64,000 nucleotides of DNA from positions 140,182,001-140,246,000 of the forward strand of contig OZ024742.1 of assembly GCA_964016885.1 (NCBI GenBank), in the 5' to 3' direction. This DNA is from Eledone cirrhosa (Eukaryota). Below the pieces are notes generated by a model. The model worked only from the letters and a program-made list of their open reading frames with translations. It was not told the origin of the DNA and made no database searches. The position numbers and the translations under genes were made by a program. Below are positions 52,384 through 64,000 of the stretch, piece after piece (the stretch's first letter is position 1; each line of letters begins with the position of its first letter).

Positions 52384-52454
<71 letters not shown>
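52384..52454. repeat. (TA)n microsatellite
   Basis: Pure TA run. Others at 40705-40738, 56797-56847, 61375-61461. Confidence 0.97.
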
Positions 52455-52457
<3 letters not shown>

Positions 52458-52535
52458 AAGCTTCTACAGGACTAGAACTGTTTCATTCGTGAGAAATCAT
52501 CAGGAAGTTCTAGTCCTGTAGAAGATTTTCTATAT
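52450..52535 (-). other. Hairpin with perfect 19-bp arms enclosing a partial hammerhead-like core
   Basis: cttctacaggactagaact / agttctagtcctgtagaag; the minus-strand loop reads CTGATGA-tttctcacgaat-GAAAC. Confidence 0.5.
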
Positions 52536-53009
52536 TAAAACATTTATACTCTGCTATGTATTGAGTACCTTACTTACTGTGGTTACCCCCGATTGAACCT
52601 GGAATAACTTATATATATATATATATCAATGATATTAATAAATGGAAACTATATTTATAAAACCATATTTATTCTATTATATATATTTCAAGGGTACCAA
52701 AACTTTGGTACACTCTCATCAGATAAAATACAAACTTTGTTTTATAAATAGTGACATACCCAGGAACGAGACCTTAATGGTTCAAGTTCAGTCTGGATAG
52801 TGAAAGGAAAAGAGGAAGAAAGGAAAAGACAAATATTTCAAATTATTTTGATGAATATCCAAATGAAGTTGAAGCATAGGACTGAAAAAATCCCTTTGCT
52901 TATATATATATATATTCATTAGTTAAGCAAAACAAGACCACAAATTTCACAAGGAAGACATTATTAAAAGATTGTCAACATATTTTAGTTTGATGTAAGG
53001 AATATAGAG

Positions 53010-53498
53010 AATAATAATAATAATATTAATAATGATAATAATGTCCATTTACAATTGTTTCACTACTCCATATAATATTTTTGGATCAAATGATTATATA
53101 TCATTATTGATCTGGTTCAGTTGAAAATAATTAACATAAGTAAAGATAGAGCAGCTCATCAGAACTTCAAAAGGAATATATTGGCGGCCATCTTGTTACC
53201 CATAGGCAGATCTCACACAATGCAGCCTCGACAGAAGAATACTGCTCGACTATGGCAGACAATTGATATACCAAGGACAACATAGTGAAATACCAATATA
53301 TGGAACATTACATTTATGTAATACTCTTTCCTTATTTTAATTTATATTTCTTTTGAAGTTCCGATGAGCTGCTCTATCTTTACCTATGTTAATTATTTTC
53401 AACTGAACCAGATCAATAATGATATATAATCATTTGATCCAGAAATATTATATGGAGTAGCGAAACAATTGTAAATGGACATTATTATTATTATTATT
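53010..53498. repeat. Foldback/MITE-like unit: ~140-bp inverted arms, ~160-bp spacer, (AAT)n/(ATT)n ends
   Basis: 53041-53180 is the reverse complement of 53343-53482 with only a handful of mismatches. Confidence 0.88.
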
Positions 53499-54968
53499 AA
53501 AAAACTAGGAGTAGATGAATGGCTTGTGAAAGCTGTACAAGCCATGTATAGGGGAGCAGTCAACAAAGTTAGGATTAGCAATGAGTATAGTGAGGAATTT
53601 AGCGTACAGGTTGGTGTCCACCAGGGCTCTGTTCTTAGCCCTCTCCTGTTCATCATAGTCCTGCAGGCAATAACGGAGGAGTTTAAGACCCATGGGAACT
53701 CCTGTATGCAGATGACCTCGCACTTATAGCTGAATCTATGGTAGAACTAGAGAAGAAATTCCAAACTTGGAAGCAGGGACTAGAAAGAAAGGGTCTCAAA
53801 GTCAACATGACAAAGACTAAGGTCCTTGTAAGTAGAGGAGAAAACAGAACCCAGATCCCCTCAGGGAAATGGCCTTGCTCAGTATGTAGGAAAGGTGTAG
53901 GTAGGAACTCCATTCTCTGCCCCAAATGCAAACAATGGGTACACAAGAGATGTAGCGGGATCTCAGGAAGCTTAATTAAGAATGTAGGCTTCACATGTAG
54001 CAGCTGTGCTAGGACAGCAAGCAGCAAACAGCCACAGGAAACAAGTACCACCAATCTCTGGGAGGGCTCAGTAGACAGCTTCTGCTACCTAGGTGACCGA
54101 ATTAGCAGCGGAGGTGGGTGTTCAGAAAGTACAATAACTAGAGTAAGAACGAGATGGAAGAAGTTCAGGGAACTACTGCCACTGCTAACTGCAAAAGGCT
54201 TCTCCCTCAAAATGAAAGGCAGACTGTATGATGCGTGTATCCGAACAGCAACATTACATGGTAGTGAGACCTGGGCGCTGAAGGTGGAAGACTTACGTAG
54301 ATTAGAAAGAAACGAAGCCTGCATGCTCCGATGGATGTGTAATAGTAATATACTCGAACGGCAAAGCATAAATGAATTGAGAGAGAGACTGAGCATAAGA
54401 GGAATCAAATGCTGTGTGCAGGAGAGGCAGATGCGTTGGTATGGACATGTGATGCGTATGAAGGATGACAGCTGCATAAAAAGGTGCAGAGCACTAGAAG
54501 CCAATGGAAGCCGCGGAGTGGGGAGACCCAAGAAGACCTGGGATGAGGTGATAAAAGGTGACCTTACCCAGTTGCACCTCTCAAAGGCGATGACACACGA
54601 CCGTGACCTCTGGCGTCACGCAGTAATACAGAGTACCCGACCTCCCATGGGTACAAGCTGAAGACAAAAAGCTATAGACAATATGCTCCCACACCTTCCC
54701 ACTGCAAAGTGGTCGTGGAGGTGCCACGGCAAAAAAGCACCCAGCCCACACTGTAAAGTGGACGTGTAGGCGCCACGGAAAAAAGCACCCAGCACTCACT
54801 GTAAATGAGGTTGGTGTTAGGAAGGGCATCCAGCTGTAGAAACCAAGCCAAAATCGGTTCCTGTATGAGCAAGGCATGGTCAGCCGACCAGACACTGCCC
54901 ACAACAGGACAACCCGTCTAACCCATGCTAGCATGGAAGAACGGACGTAAAACGGTGATGATGATGAT
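53499..54968 (+). mobile_element. RTE LINE (PHD family), 5'-truncated
   Basis: GVHQGSVLSPLLF, YADD region (frameshifted); ORF 53738..54661 with PHD, FCYLG, WYGHV, GRPKKTW; 3'UTR; (GAT)n; flanked by (ATT)n on both sides. Confidence 0.93.
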
Positions 54969-55270
54969 TAATATTATTATTATTCTCCACATTCCTTATA
55001 TCAAACTAAAATATGTTGACAATCTTTTAAATAATGTCTTCCTTGTGACATTTGTGGTCTTGTTTTGCTTAACTAATGAATATTTCCAGCTCTGTGCACC
55101 TAACCTCTGCATGAACCCAGCCACCTAGCTGCTTTCCACTTCATATTGCACATTGAGCACATGCCTTTACGCTTTGGCTTCTAACTAATTCACCAATCTC
55201 TCCTCTCCTATCTCCATCTCTCTGTTTAAGATTGGTTACTCTTGAACTGTGTGTGTATATATATATATAT

Positions 55271-56794
55271 ATGAAGAGGCGGATTTTCAGGTCTTTATGA
55301 AGGTCCGACTTCCACACCGATCTCAAGCTGTAGCACGCCGCTCAGGCTTTGCTCTTCCTCTCAACCACATCATCTTCCGTATTCCCAATCTTTGCTCCCA
55401 AATACAGGAAGTCCTCAACCAATTCTAGCGGCGTCCCGCCTACATTAATGATCCCCTCTGGCTTCTCAACATTCTCTACCAGATATTTTGTTTTAGTCTC
55501 ATTCATTCTCAGCCCCACACTCATCAACACAGTCTCAACCTTCTGCCTCCTTCACTGTATTTGTCACCAAAACTATGTCGTCGGCAAATTCAGCATCTGA
55601 TATCTTTTTCGCCTTAACTCTCCTGCTCTGAGCCGGTGCTACAGTAAAGCCAGAGTCCTGGTGTTTCTCCAGTGCAAGGCGCATACAATAGTCCACTACG
55701 ATGATAAAAAGGTAGGGAGCCAATGTATCTCCCTGGAGCACTCCAGCCAGTATTTCAAAGAACTCTGTCATCCCATTAGGTGTAATGACTTGGGCTTTGG
55801 TGTTGGTGTAGAGCAGTGATATCAGGTCCACTATCCTCTTGGGGATTCCATAAGCCTATAAGATCTTCATCAGGCAGTGACGGTCCACAGAATCAAAGGC
55901 CTTCCTAAAGTCAATGAAAACCATGATCGCAGGAAGGCACTTTGCTCTACCTCCCTCTAATATCCTCCTCAGCATCAGGATGTGACTGGTGGTTGATCTT
56001 CTGGTTGTCCCTGAGCTTCTTCTCCATCTCAGGCTGGATCCTGTTAAGAATCATCCTGTTGAGTGTCTTTGCCACAAGTGACGTCAGTGAGATCCCCCTG
56101 TAGTTGTTGGTGTTAGAGAGATCTCCCTTCTTCGGCACTGGGACGATGTTACTGATCCACTGATTCGAGGCAACTCTTTTATCCAGTGTCTGGTTACAGA
56201 ACCCCAAGATGATATCATCAAAATAACACCTCTTCATCACCTCTGATGCCACTCCATCTTCTCCATGAGCCTTGCCATCCTTGAGCCTCTTCTTGGCTCT
56301 CTGAAGCTCCTCCCTTGTGAAGGGCTCTGTCTCAATATCAAGTTCTTCAAACAGCCGCCTGATCTATTCATTGCTGTAGTGGAGTCTGTACTGCTGTACG
56401 GGTCTGCGATTTGGACACTGACCAAGAAACTCACTCAGATGGCGGATGGGTGCTACACGAGAATGCTGAGGATGGCTCTGAACATTAATCAGTATACACT
56501 GAGGATGAAAAACTCAGAGCTGTATGGGAGCCTCCCAAAAGTCAGCTCAAAAGTGACACAGAGGAGACTGAGGTTAGCTGGATATGCTCACCGACATCCA
56601 GAGTTGACATTGCACTCAGTGCTTCTGTGGGAGCCCCTACATGGACACACTGGAAGAGGAAGACCAAGGTTAACGTATGTTGATGCCCTAAGGACAGACA
56701 CTGGTCTGTTGGAGGCGCAGGACATGGCAGCGATAATGAGGGACAGAGACCGCTGGAGAGAACTCGTCCATGGATCTCGGGAATTTATGTCCTA

Positions 56795-56795
<1 letters not shown>
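55271..56795 (+). mobile_element. RTE-clade LINE, 5'-inverted, inserted in (TA)n
   Basis: RT on minus 55271-~56355 (NYRGISL, GVLQGDTLAP, FADD, FLYLG, ...KIRLFI). C-terminus on plus from 56364 (LFIAVVESVLLYG...GRGRPR...DRDRWR). Confidence 0.88.
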
Positions 56796-56845
<50 letters not shown>

Positions 56846-56851
<6 letters not shown>

Positions 56852-57555
56852 GTGTAATGAGTTCAAATCTCAAGCATTCCTTTACAATGAAAATAGCTCA
56901 AAGAAAAGAATATTTCTGAGCCGTGTAATAAATATAAATCAATATATATGATGAAACACAGATACCAACATATCTTTGTTTATATTGCAAAAGGAATTAA
57001 GTTAGCTAGAATGAAATATACTAATTATAATATTACAGCGTGCCTACATCGATTTAAAATAATAAATCAACACAAACAAACAGTATTGGCAAATGGCCAT
57101 GGTGTTTAGACAAATTTAAATTTCAAAATCAAACCTGTTCCGTAGATAAGTTTAAACTTTAAAATCCAAATATGTTTCGAGATAAATAAGTGTAAGGATA
57201 TCATGTCCCGCTCTCTTCAGTAAACACCCAGAACAAATTGATATGCTTCACTTCCAAATATTTTAAAAGACTGTTTAACGCACATGGTTTTACAGTTTCT
57301 AGCCAGCCTCATATGCGTACTGCTAGAAATAACAGCCGTATATATGGGGCTACTATCAGCTCAACCTAAGGAGCAATTTTATTAAGTGTAATGAGTTCAA
57401 ATCTCAAGCATTCCTTTACAATGAAAATAGCTCAAAGAAACAGGCTGTAATATTATAATTAGTATATTTCATTCTAGCTAACTTAATTCCTTTTGCAATA
57501 TAAACAAAGATATGTTGGTATCTGTGTTTCATCATATATATTGATTTATATTTAT
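56846..57555. repeat. Local duplication with partial inversion
   Basis: 56846-56907 recurs directly at 57380-57440; 56927-57039 recurs inverted at 57444-57555; both essentially identical. Confidence 0.9.
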
Positions 57556-57569
57556 ATATATATAGAGAT

Positions 57570-59183
57570 ATGTTTCTTTAGCCACAGGGACACAAAAGAA
57601 GGGGATAAATACAAAGGGGGAAGTTTACATACAATAAAAATGTGTAAAATATTATCACAAATGCAATTAAAAAGTTAATCGATTTTCCCCAATAGGGGGA
57701 GACATTTCATATGGGTAACACATACCCCCGAAAAAATGTGCAACCCTCATCTCCAGGAGTACGATGAGTTTGTACCCCTTTCCTCTCTTCCTCCTTTTCC
57801 TCAACCTACAGGCTGATATAGAGAGAAGGCCCATTCACTCGGGCCATTCTCGCCACTTTCACCCACCTTTCATAAAACTTGCTGGGGTACAGCACCTCTC
57901 TCTCCATCCTGATTCTTCTTCCAAAGTGGTATTTGAAAAAAAGAATTAGTTGTTGGCCGGAAAGAAAGGTGTCTGACCTCAGTCTTTTTAACCTCGTCCA
58001 CCATACAACCTCTTTCGCCATAGCTATCACACAAAGGAAAACCGCCTCTCCTTCGTTTTTGAAGGAGGGTGGTGGTTTGATCATGACAATGGACTCGGTG
58101 GTCAACCGGATTGGTCCCACCAGTGACAATAGTCGTTCTACATAGCCCCACAGGTCGGTAACGCCCGGGCAGTGTATGAATGCGTGTGCAACGGTTTCTT
58201 CGTCTCGCACGCACCTCGGACAGATCTTTTTTGCAGGGTCCCTGCCCGGGCGCCCATGTCTGTAGAGCTTGTCTCGAACTGGTAGAGCTCCTCGGTAGCA
58301 CTGCCAGGCCAGGGACTTTTGGAAGTTGTCCATCAGTCCCGGGCGGAAGGTCCTACTGAACAGACTGGCCAGTTCATCTTCCTCTACGTCTAGAGTTTCA
58401 CCGAGCGCGTTGTCGCACTTGCTGCGGGTCAACCCTCTATAGAATGACGAAGTGGAGTCTCCACTGATCGCCGGGTCCACCTGCCAGAGGGCTGTGAGCG
58501 CCTGAGCGCATTCGATGTGCCAGTCGCCCATTTTTCTCGGTCTTTGCTTGACCCAGGACTGCAGCTTGGTCAGCGAGACGAGTCGTGGGAAGGCTCGCCT
58601 CATGAACGGGGCCCACACCGGTTGTCTGGTGAGGAATAAGTAGAGATGCCGCAGCCTGAGCGCGTGTTTGCGCATCGTCAGCCACGGCATTCCCAGCCCT
58701 CCGTTGGAAGGGTGTTGGCAGCAGATGGATCTTCTCACCAAAGGAGCCCGCCTCTTCCAAAGGAATTGGAAGAGCGCGCGCTCCATTTTGGTGAGCATTT
58801 TGGCTGGACAAGGCACGACGGTCAAGCGGTAGTAGATGGCGGACGCTATAAAAGTGTTCGCCACCTCCGCTCGACCTTTCAAGGATAGTTTGCACTCGGC
58901 GGCCCACTTCTGGGTGAGCGCAAACACCTTGGCCGTCACCTCGTTCCAGTTCTTCTCCACCTGGAGGTCCGGACCAAACCAGACCCTGAGCAGCTTTACC
59001 GGTCCTTCCGATGGACTTGTCTGGTTCAGCTTCGTTCCTGTGAACCTTTCGTATTCCTTCAGTAAGGTGTCGACTTCCTCGATTTGCGAGGCGCTCGACA
59101 TCATTACTGTCACGTCGTCAGCATAGGCCGACGCCGCTTTCCACAGACCCGGTTCTAGAGGGATGCCCTGCAATAGCTCCAAC
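57570..59183 (-). mobile_element. L1/Tx1-type LINE, 5'-truncated, open C-terminal ORF2 (458 aa)
   Basis: AYADD, LSLKGR, FLW, GGLGMP, zf-RVT-like W...GALPVR..L...CPRC..DEET..HAFIHC; GC-rich; (TA)n on both flanks. Confidence 0.88.
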
Positions 59184-59271
59184 TATATATACATATATAT
59201 AGATAGATAGGGAGAGAGAGCAAGAAATGTATGTGTGTGTTTGATACACGTCTATCTATCTATCTCTCCAA

Positions 59272-59675
59272 CAGGGGGCTCAAACATGCGGCCCATGAGC
59301 TACTTTTCTATGGCCAGTGGTAGAACCAATATTTTAGATTCCATTATAACTGGTGAAAATAAGGCGGTGAGCTGGTGGAATCGTTAGCACATCTGGCGAA
59401 ATGCTTAGCAGTACTTCTTCCATTTTTACGTTCCGAGTTCAAATTCCGCTGATCTCAACTTTGCATTTCATCCTTTTGGGGTCGATAAATTAAGTACCAG
59501 TTGTGAACTGGGACCGATGTAATCGACGGGACCCTAAACCCTAAATTTCATGCCTTGTGCCTATAGTAGAAATGATTATAACTGGTGAAAATCATCACCC
59601 ACCACCACATTTGGCTCAGTGCCTCTCCTCCAGGATGTAATGGCCCTTTTATGTCCTTGAGTTTGAGACCCCTCT
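59272..59675. mobile_element. hAT (Charlie-like) MITE carrying a nested SINE
   Basis: TIRs cagggggctcaaac...gtttgagacccct; subterminal gcggccc/tggccc motifs; degenerate 8-bp TSD ctctccaa/ttctacat. Confidence 0.65.
59361..59579 (+). mobile_element. Short tRNA-SINE (related subfamily) with TSD
   Basis: aggcggtgagctgg...gagttcaaattccg...tttcatccttttggggtcgataaattaagtaccag; TSD ATTATAACTGGTGAAAAT. Confidence 0.88.
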
Positions 59676-59707
59676 TCTACATACACACACACACGCATAT
59701 ATATATA

Positions 59708-60861
59708 CTAAGGTCCTTATAAGTAGACGAGAAAACAGAACCCAGATCCCCTCAGGGAAATGGCCTTGCTCAGTATGTAGGAAAGGTGTAGGTAGGAACT
59801 CCATTCTTTGCCCCAAATGCAAACAATGGGTACACAAGAGATGTAGCGGGATCTCAGGAAGCTTAATTAAGAATGTAGGATTCACATGCAGCAGCTGTAC
59901 TGAAACAGCAAGCAAACAGCCACAGGAAACAAGTACCACCAATCTCTGGGAGGGCCCTGTAGAAACAGTAGACAGCTTCTGCTACCTAGGTGACCGAATT
60001 AGCAACGGAGGTGGGTGCTCAGAAAGTACAATAACTAGGGTAAGAACGGGATGGAAGAAGTTTAGGGAACTACTACCACTGCTAGCTGCAAAAGGCTTCT
60101 CCCTCAGAATGAAAGGCAGACTGTATGATGCGTGTATCCGAACAGCGATGTTGCATGGTAGTGAGACCTGGGCGCTGAAGGTGGAAGACCTACGTAGATT
60201 AGAGAGAAACGAAGCCTGCATGCTCCGATGGATGTGTAACAGTAATATACGTGAACGACAAAGCATAAATGAATTGAGAGAGAGACTGAGCATAAGAGGA
60301 ATCAAATGCTGCGTGCAGGAGAGGCGGTTACGCTGGTATGGGCATGTGATGCGTATGAAGGATGACAGCTGCATAAAAAGGTGCAGAGCACTAGAAGTTG
60401 ATGGAAACCGCGGAGTGGGGAGACCCAAGATGACTTGGGATGAGGTGATAAAAGCCGACCTTACCCAACTACACCTCTCAAAGTCAATGACACACGACCG
60501 TGACTTCTGGCGTCACGCAGTAATACAGGGTACCCGACCTCCCATGGGTACATGCTGAAGCATATAAACAATATGCCCCCCCCCCCCCCCTACCGCAAGG
60601 TGGTCGTGGAGGTGCCACGGCAAAAAAGCACCCAGCCCACACTGTAAAGTGGACGTGTAGGCGCCACGAAAAAGCACCCAGCACTCACTGTAAATGAGGT
60701 TGGTGTTAGGAAGGGCATCCAGCTGTAGAAATCAAGCCAGATCAGTTCCTGTATGAGCAAGGCATGGTCAGCCGACCAGACACTGCCCACAACAGGACAA
60801 CCCGTCTAACCCATGCTAGCGTGGAAGAACGGACGTAAAACGGTGATGATGATGATGATGA
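59708..60861 (+). mobile_element. RTE LINE (PHD family), 5'-truncated
   Basis: ORF 60109..60558 and the upstream PHD are nearly identical to 53738..54661; same 3'UTR; (GAT)n tail. Confidence 0.93.
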
Positions 60862-61370
60862 TTTTACTCTTTTTCTGTCTCTGGACTACGCCCATGCTGG
60901 AGCATCACCTTTGTAAGTTATGGGGACGTCAACAAACCAACAAGCATTGGTGAGAGGGCAAACACAAACGCAAAGACACACACAGACAAATATATATATA
61001 TGACGCGCTTCTTTTAGTTTCGGTCTATCAAATCGACTCACAGGGTTTGGTCGGCCCGAGCAGTGGGACTGAACCCGGAAACATGTGATTGGGAAGCAAG
61101 CTTCTTGTCATACTGCGTATGTATATGTGTGTGTGTGTGTGTGTGTGTATGTGTGTTATCAAGTTAACATTGAAAATAAAAAGAACAAAGTCAAGTTACT
61201 TTATAACTTTGTTTTTATTTTTATTGTTAATTTAATACCTAATATCTGGCTCTGTATCTAAAGAATTAATTCAGCGAAACACAGAACTTTTCTATGGATT
61301 TTACAAGATTACATTGAGTCCTATCTACGGTACGGACCCTACCACCAGAGGTAGACCAGACTGAAAAAAG

Positions 61371-61407
<37 letters not shown>

Positions 61408-61422
61408 CTGTGTGTGTGTGTG

Positions 61423-61466
<44 letters not shown>

Positions 61467-64000
61467 GGTAACAAATAATAGTTATATGCAGTCCACTTAG
61501 GTGTAGTCCAGTTATGGTATTCCGGATGATATCAACGCTTGGCTTGGTTTGACTCAACAAGGCGTTTTCATAGTGATGTTGCGAGTATGCTGTAATTCCT
61601 ATGTTGTAAACACTTGGAGTAATAATAAATCAGGAAAGAAGATTGACATGGTTTGCTATACAAAAAAGGTTTTTAATCTCATTGCTGACAATTGTTTCTC
61701 TGAACTGGTAGGTCTAGAGATCGCTATTCGCTTGTTTTCACATTACTCGATCGCCAATACAAAATTATAACCAGTCAGTTCTTCGGAGCATGCGAGAATG
61801 AAGAGAATATACAGGCATGAAAGGAATATACAGGCTACTATATGAAGTAGTAATGGCATTCAGTTAGAACAATAACAACAATTACAACAATGCTATTAAT
61901 AAATTATTTGAGGAGGCCCTGACATTACATTAGGTGGGGGGTATAGTGTATCTAATATTTCGGCGTGTAAAACTAGCTGACATGAAGCAGAAGTATAAGT
62001 TTGGCATGTACGGAGTGTCGTAGGGTGTATTGTATCAATTTTAAAAAAAGAAAGACTAAACACCGGCTTATCTTTAAAATTGATACAATACATTATTATA
62101 TGAGGGGCATACCAAACCTGAACTACCTCAGGTCCCTGAAGGACTAAATCTGGTCCTGATCATATTCTAGATACTGTTTGGCTAAGTTTAACTTGTCTTC
62201 TAGGTAACAAAATGCTTTTGCAACTTCCATCTTCACACCATTCCCTAAATCCGACTCAACATCTTCTCCATCTGTAGCTCTTGCCATTCACATTTTACAT
62301 TTAAATGTATCTGCCACATTATTTAATAATTCCTTCACACTGCTACATTTTCAGTGTACAAACTCATTGCTTATTATACATTTAATGGAGTTCCCTCTAA
62401 CACCCTTACTGCTCACTACACCCTGCACACAGCCACCTTCCTCTTCTTTCCACTTCCTCACCACATGCTTTATCAATTGCCATCTTCATTTTTCTGACAT
62501 TTACCTTCATACTTTTTGTCTTTATTTGTTTCTTCCATTTATTCATCTTCTCCCTCAGTCCAGTTATATTCTCTTATATTAATGCTAGATCATCTGTATA
62601 TAATGACCCTCATGGTGAACCCTCCTTCACACTTTGACTCAGGAATTGTTCAAGAGTTTTTATTAAAAAGATGTGCAGAAAGCTGGAACAAATATTCAGG
62701 CATTTAATCTGTATGTTCTAACAGATTTGATATATATTTTACTGTGAATGTTATGGGTTTGTTTATGAATGAATTTTGATTAATATATTTGCCGCTGCAA
62801 AAAGGAAAATTTGACCTCAGCAGGATTTGAGCTAAGATTGCTGAGAGTTGAAACAAATACTAAAGCATTTACTTGAATGCTCATAACTCTTATAGTTATT
62901 TTACTGTGAATGATATAGGACTGTTCATAAATTTAATATCATTACACTATATGACACATATCTTTTCACTGATAAGATGAAATCATGCTCTAGTTGAAAT
63001 CAATGCTTTCACCCCCACCATTGCAGTCCAACATTTTGTTGGGAGGGACAAATATTTAGGAAAGATTTTGATAGTAAGGCATGTTAAATGTGAAGAAAAT
63101 ATAGGTAGATTAAGTTATTTATTAAGAGTTAAAAGGAAGAGTTAACTTATACAATTGGTTCCACCTGAATAATTGTTTGTACCTGTATTTTAGTAATGTG
63201 TACCAAATTTAGTAATGTGAACCAGAAAAATAGTTTTTCTTATTCTTTTTACTGGTTTCACTCATATGACTGTGGTCATACTTTTGTTGATTTTGTTGAT
63301 CATATTGATCCCAGTTCTTATTTTTTCAAATCTGTTATTTTACCAATCTCTTTTTTGTTGAATTACTAAGATCTAAGACATAAAAACAGACACATACATG
63401 CACACACAACTCATCATCATCATCATTTAACATGTTTTCCTTGCTGAAAAGAATATACATGTGTATATACACATGGAGAGTGTTGAGAGGATTCAAGAGT
63501 GCAACAACCTTTCTAGTGTTGGTAAAATGATAAACCATAGCCCCTGCTCATTTGAGAGGTCAGTAGCTTTCATTAAGTAGTGACTTGGTCTTTGACAACC
63601 TGACCAGCCCTTCTTACTGGGGGAATAGTGATGTTAAATGATGATGTGTGTGTGTGTATATAAAAAGGGTATGATAGTTTGCTTGAAGCATTGTGGAATA
63701 TACAAATGGACTTTTCAGTTTTATATATATATGTGTGTGTGTATATAGATATATGATACATATATAAAAGAAAGAAGGCAGTTTTACATATTCAACTTCA
63801 GTTTGTTTTTATTTCATTGTGGTGTTATGTCATTAGATATTATGTAGCTGGGGGCAGGGGTTCCTTATGGTGTGGATATGTTCTGAAAATCACAGAGGAT
63901 GTGTTTGACCCTGCAGTGAAACTAGTGGCATTAGGGTTATAGTAGCTAGAAGTTGCTGCATTAGTGTTGTCCACACTGCATTTGTGTGGGTTGTCCTGGG

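Noticed and set aside
53150-53170. CTGATGA on the minus strand as a hammerhead
   Set aside because: No helix II followed by GAAA, and the partner arm reads CCGATGA.
1-64000. Host gene exons
   Set aside because: None recognisable by eye. Short exons within a long intron-rich gene cannot be excluded without RNA-seq or homology search.

Overview
AT-rich, repeat-saturated eukaryotic DNA with no host protein-coding exon that I can support; it is intronic or intergenic. The SINE, LINE and microsatellite repertoire looks cephalopod (octopus-like), which is an inference. Nearly every meaningful ORF is a retrotransposon remnant: RTE (several families, one with a PHD finger inside the RT), CR1, Vingi/Ingi-like, R4/Dong-like (RLE), L1/Tx1, HERO-like and CRE-like fragments, and a Gypsy remnant. 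tRNA-derived SINEs, Helitrons and MITEs make up much of the rest. The main structures worth a second look are: (1) a ~12 kb pile-up at 17.6-29.4 kb where four co-oriented R4/Dong-type elements and three copies of a ~610-bp non-coding element (HDV-ribozyme-like 5' fold, 3' hairpin, ATGT tail) are joined by TATG-type microsatellite; (2) a Gypsy insertion whose left end seems built by aberrant pairing of the tRNA-Trp primer-binding sequence with a look-alike in U3; (3) two twin-priming 5' inversions in non-L1 LINEs; (4) SINE insertions whose TSDs begin with ATTAT; (5) recurrent local inverted duplications beside (TA)n runs or TE ends. All calls were read by eye without database searches, and most boundaries are approximate.
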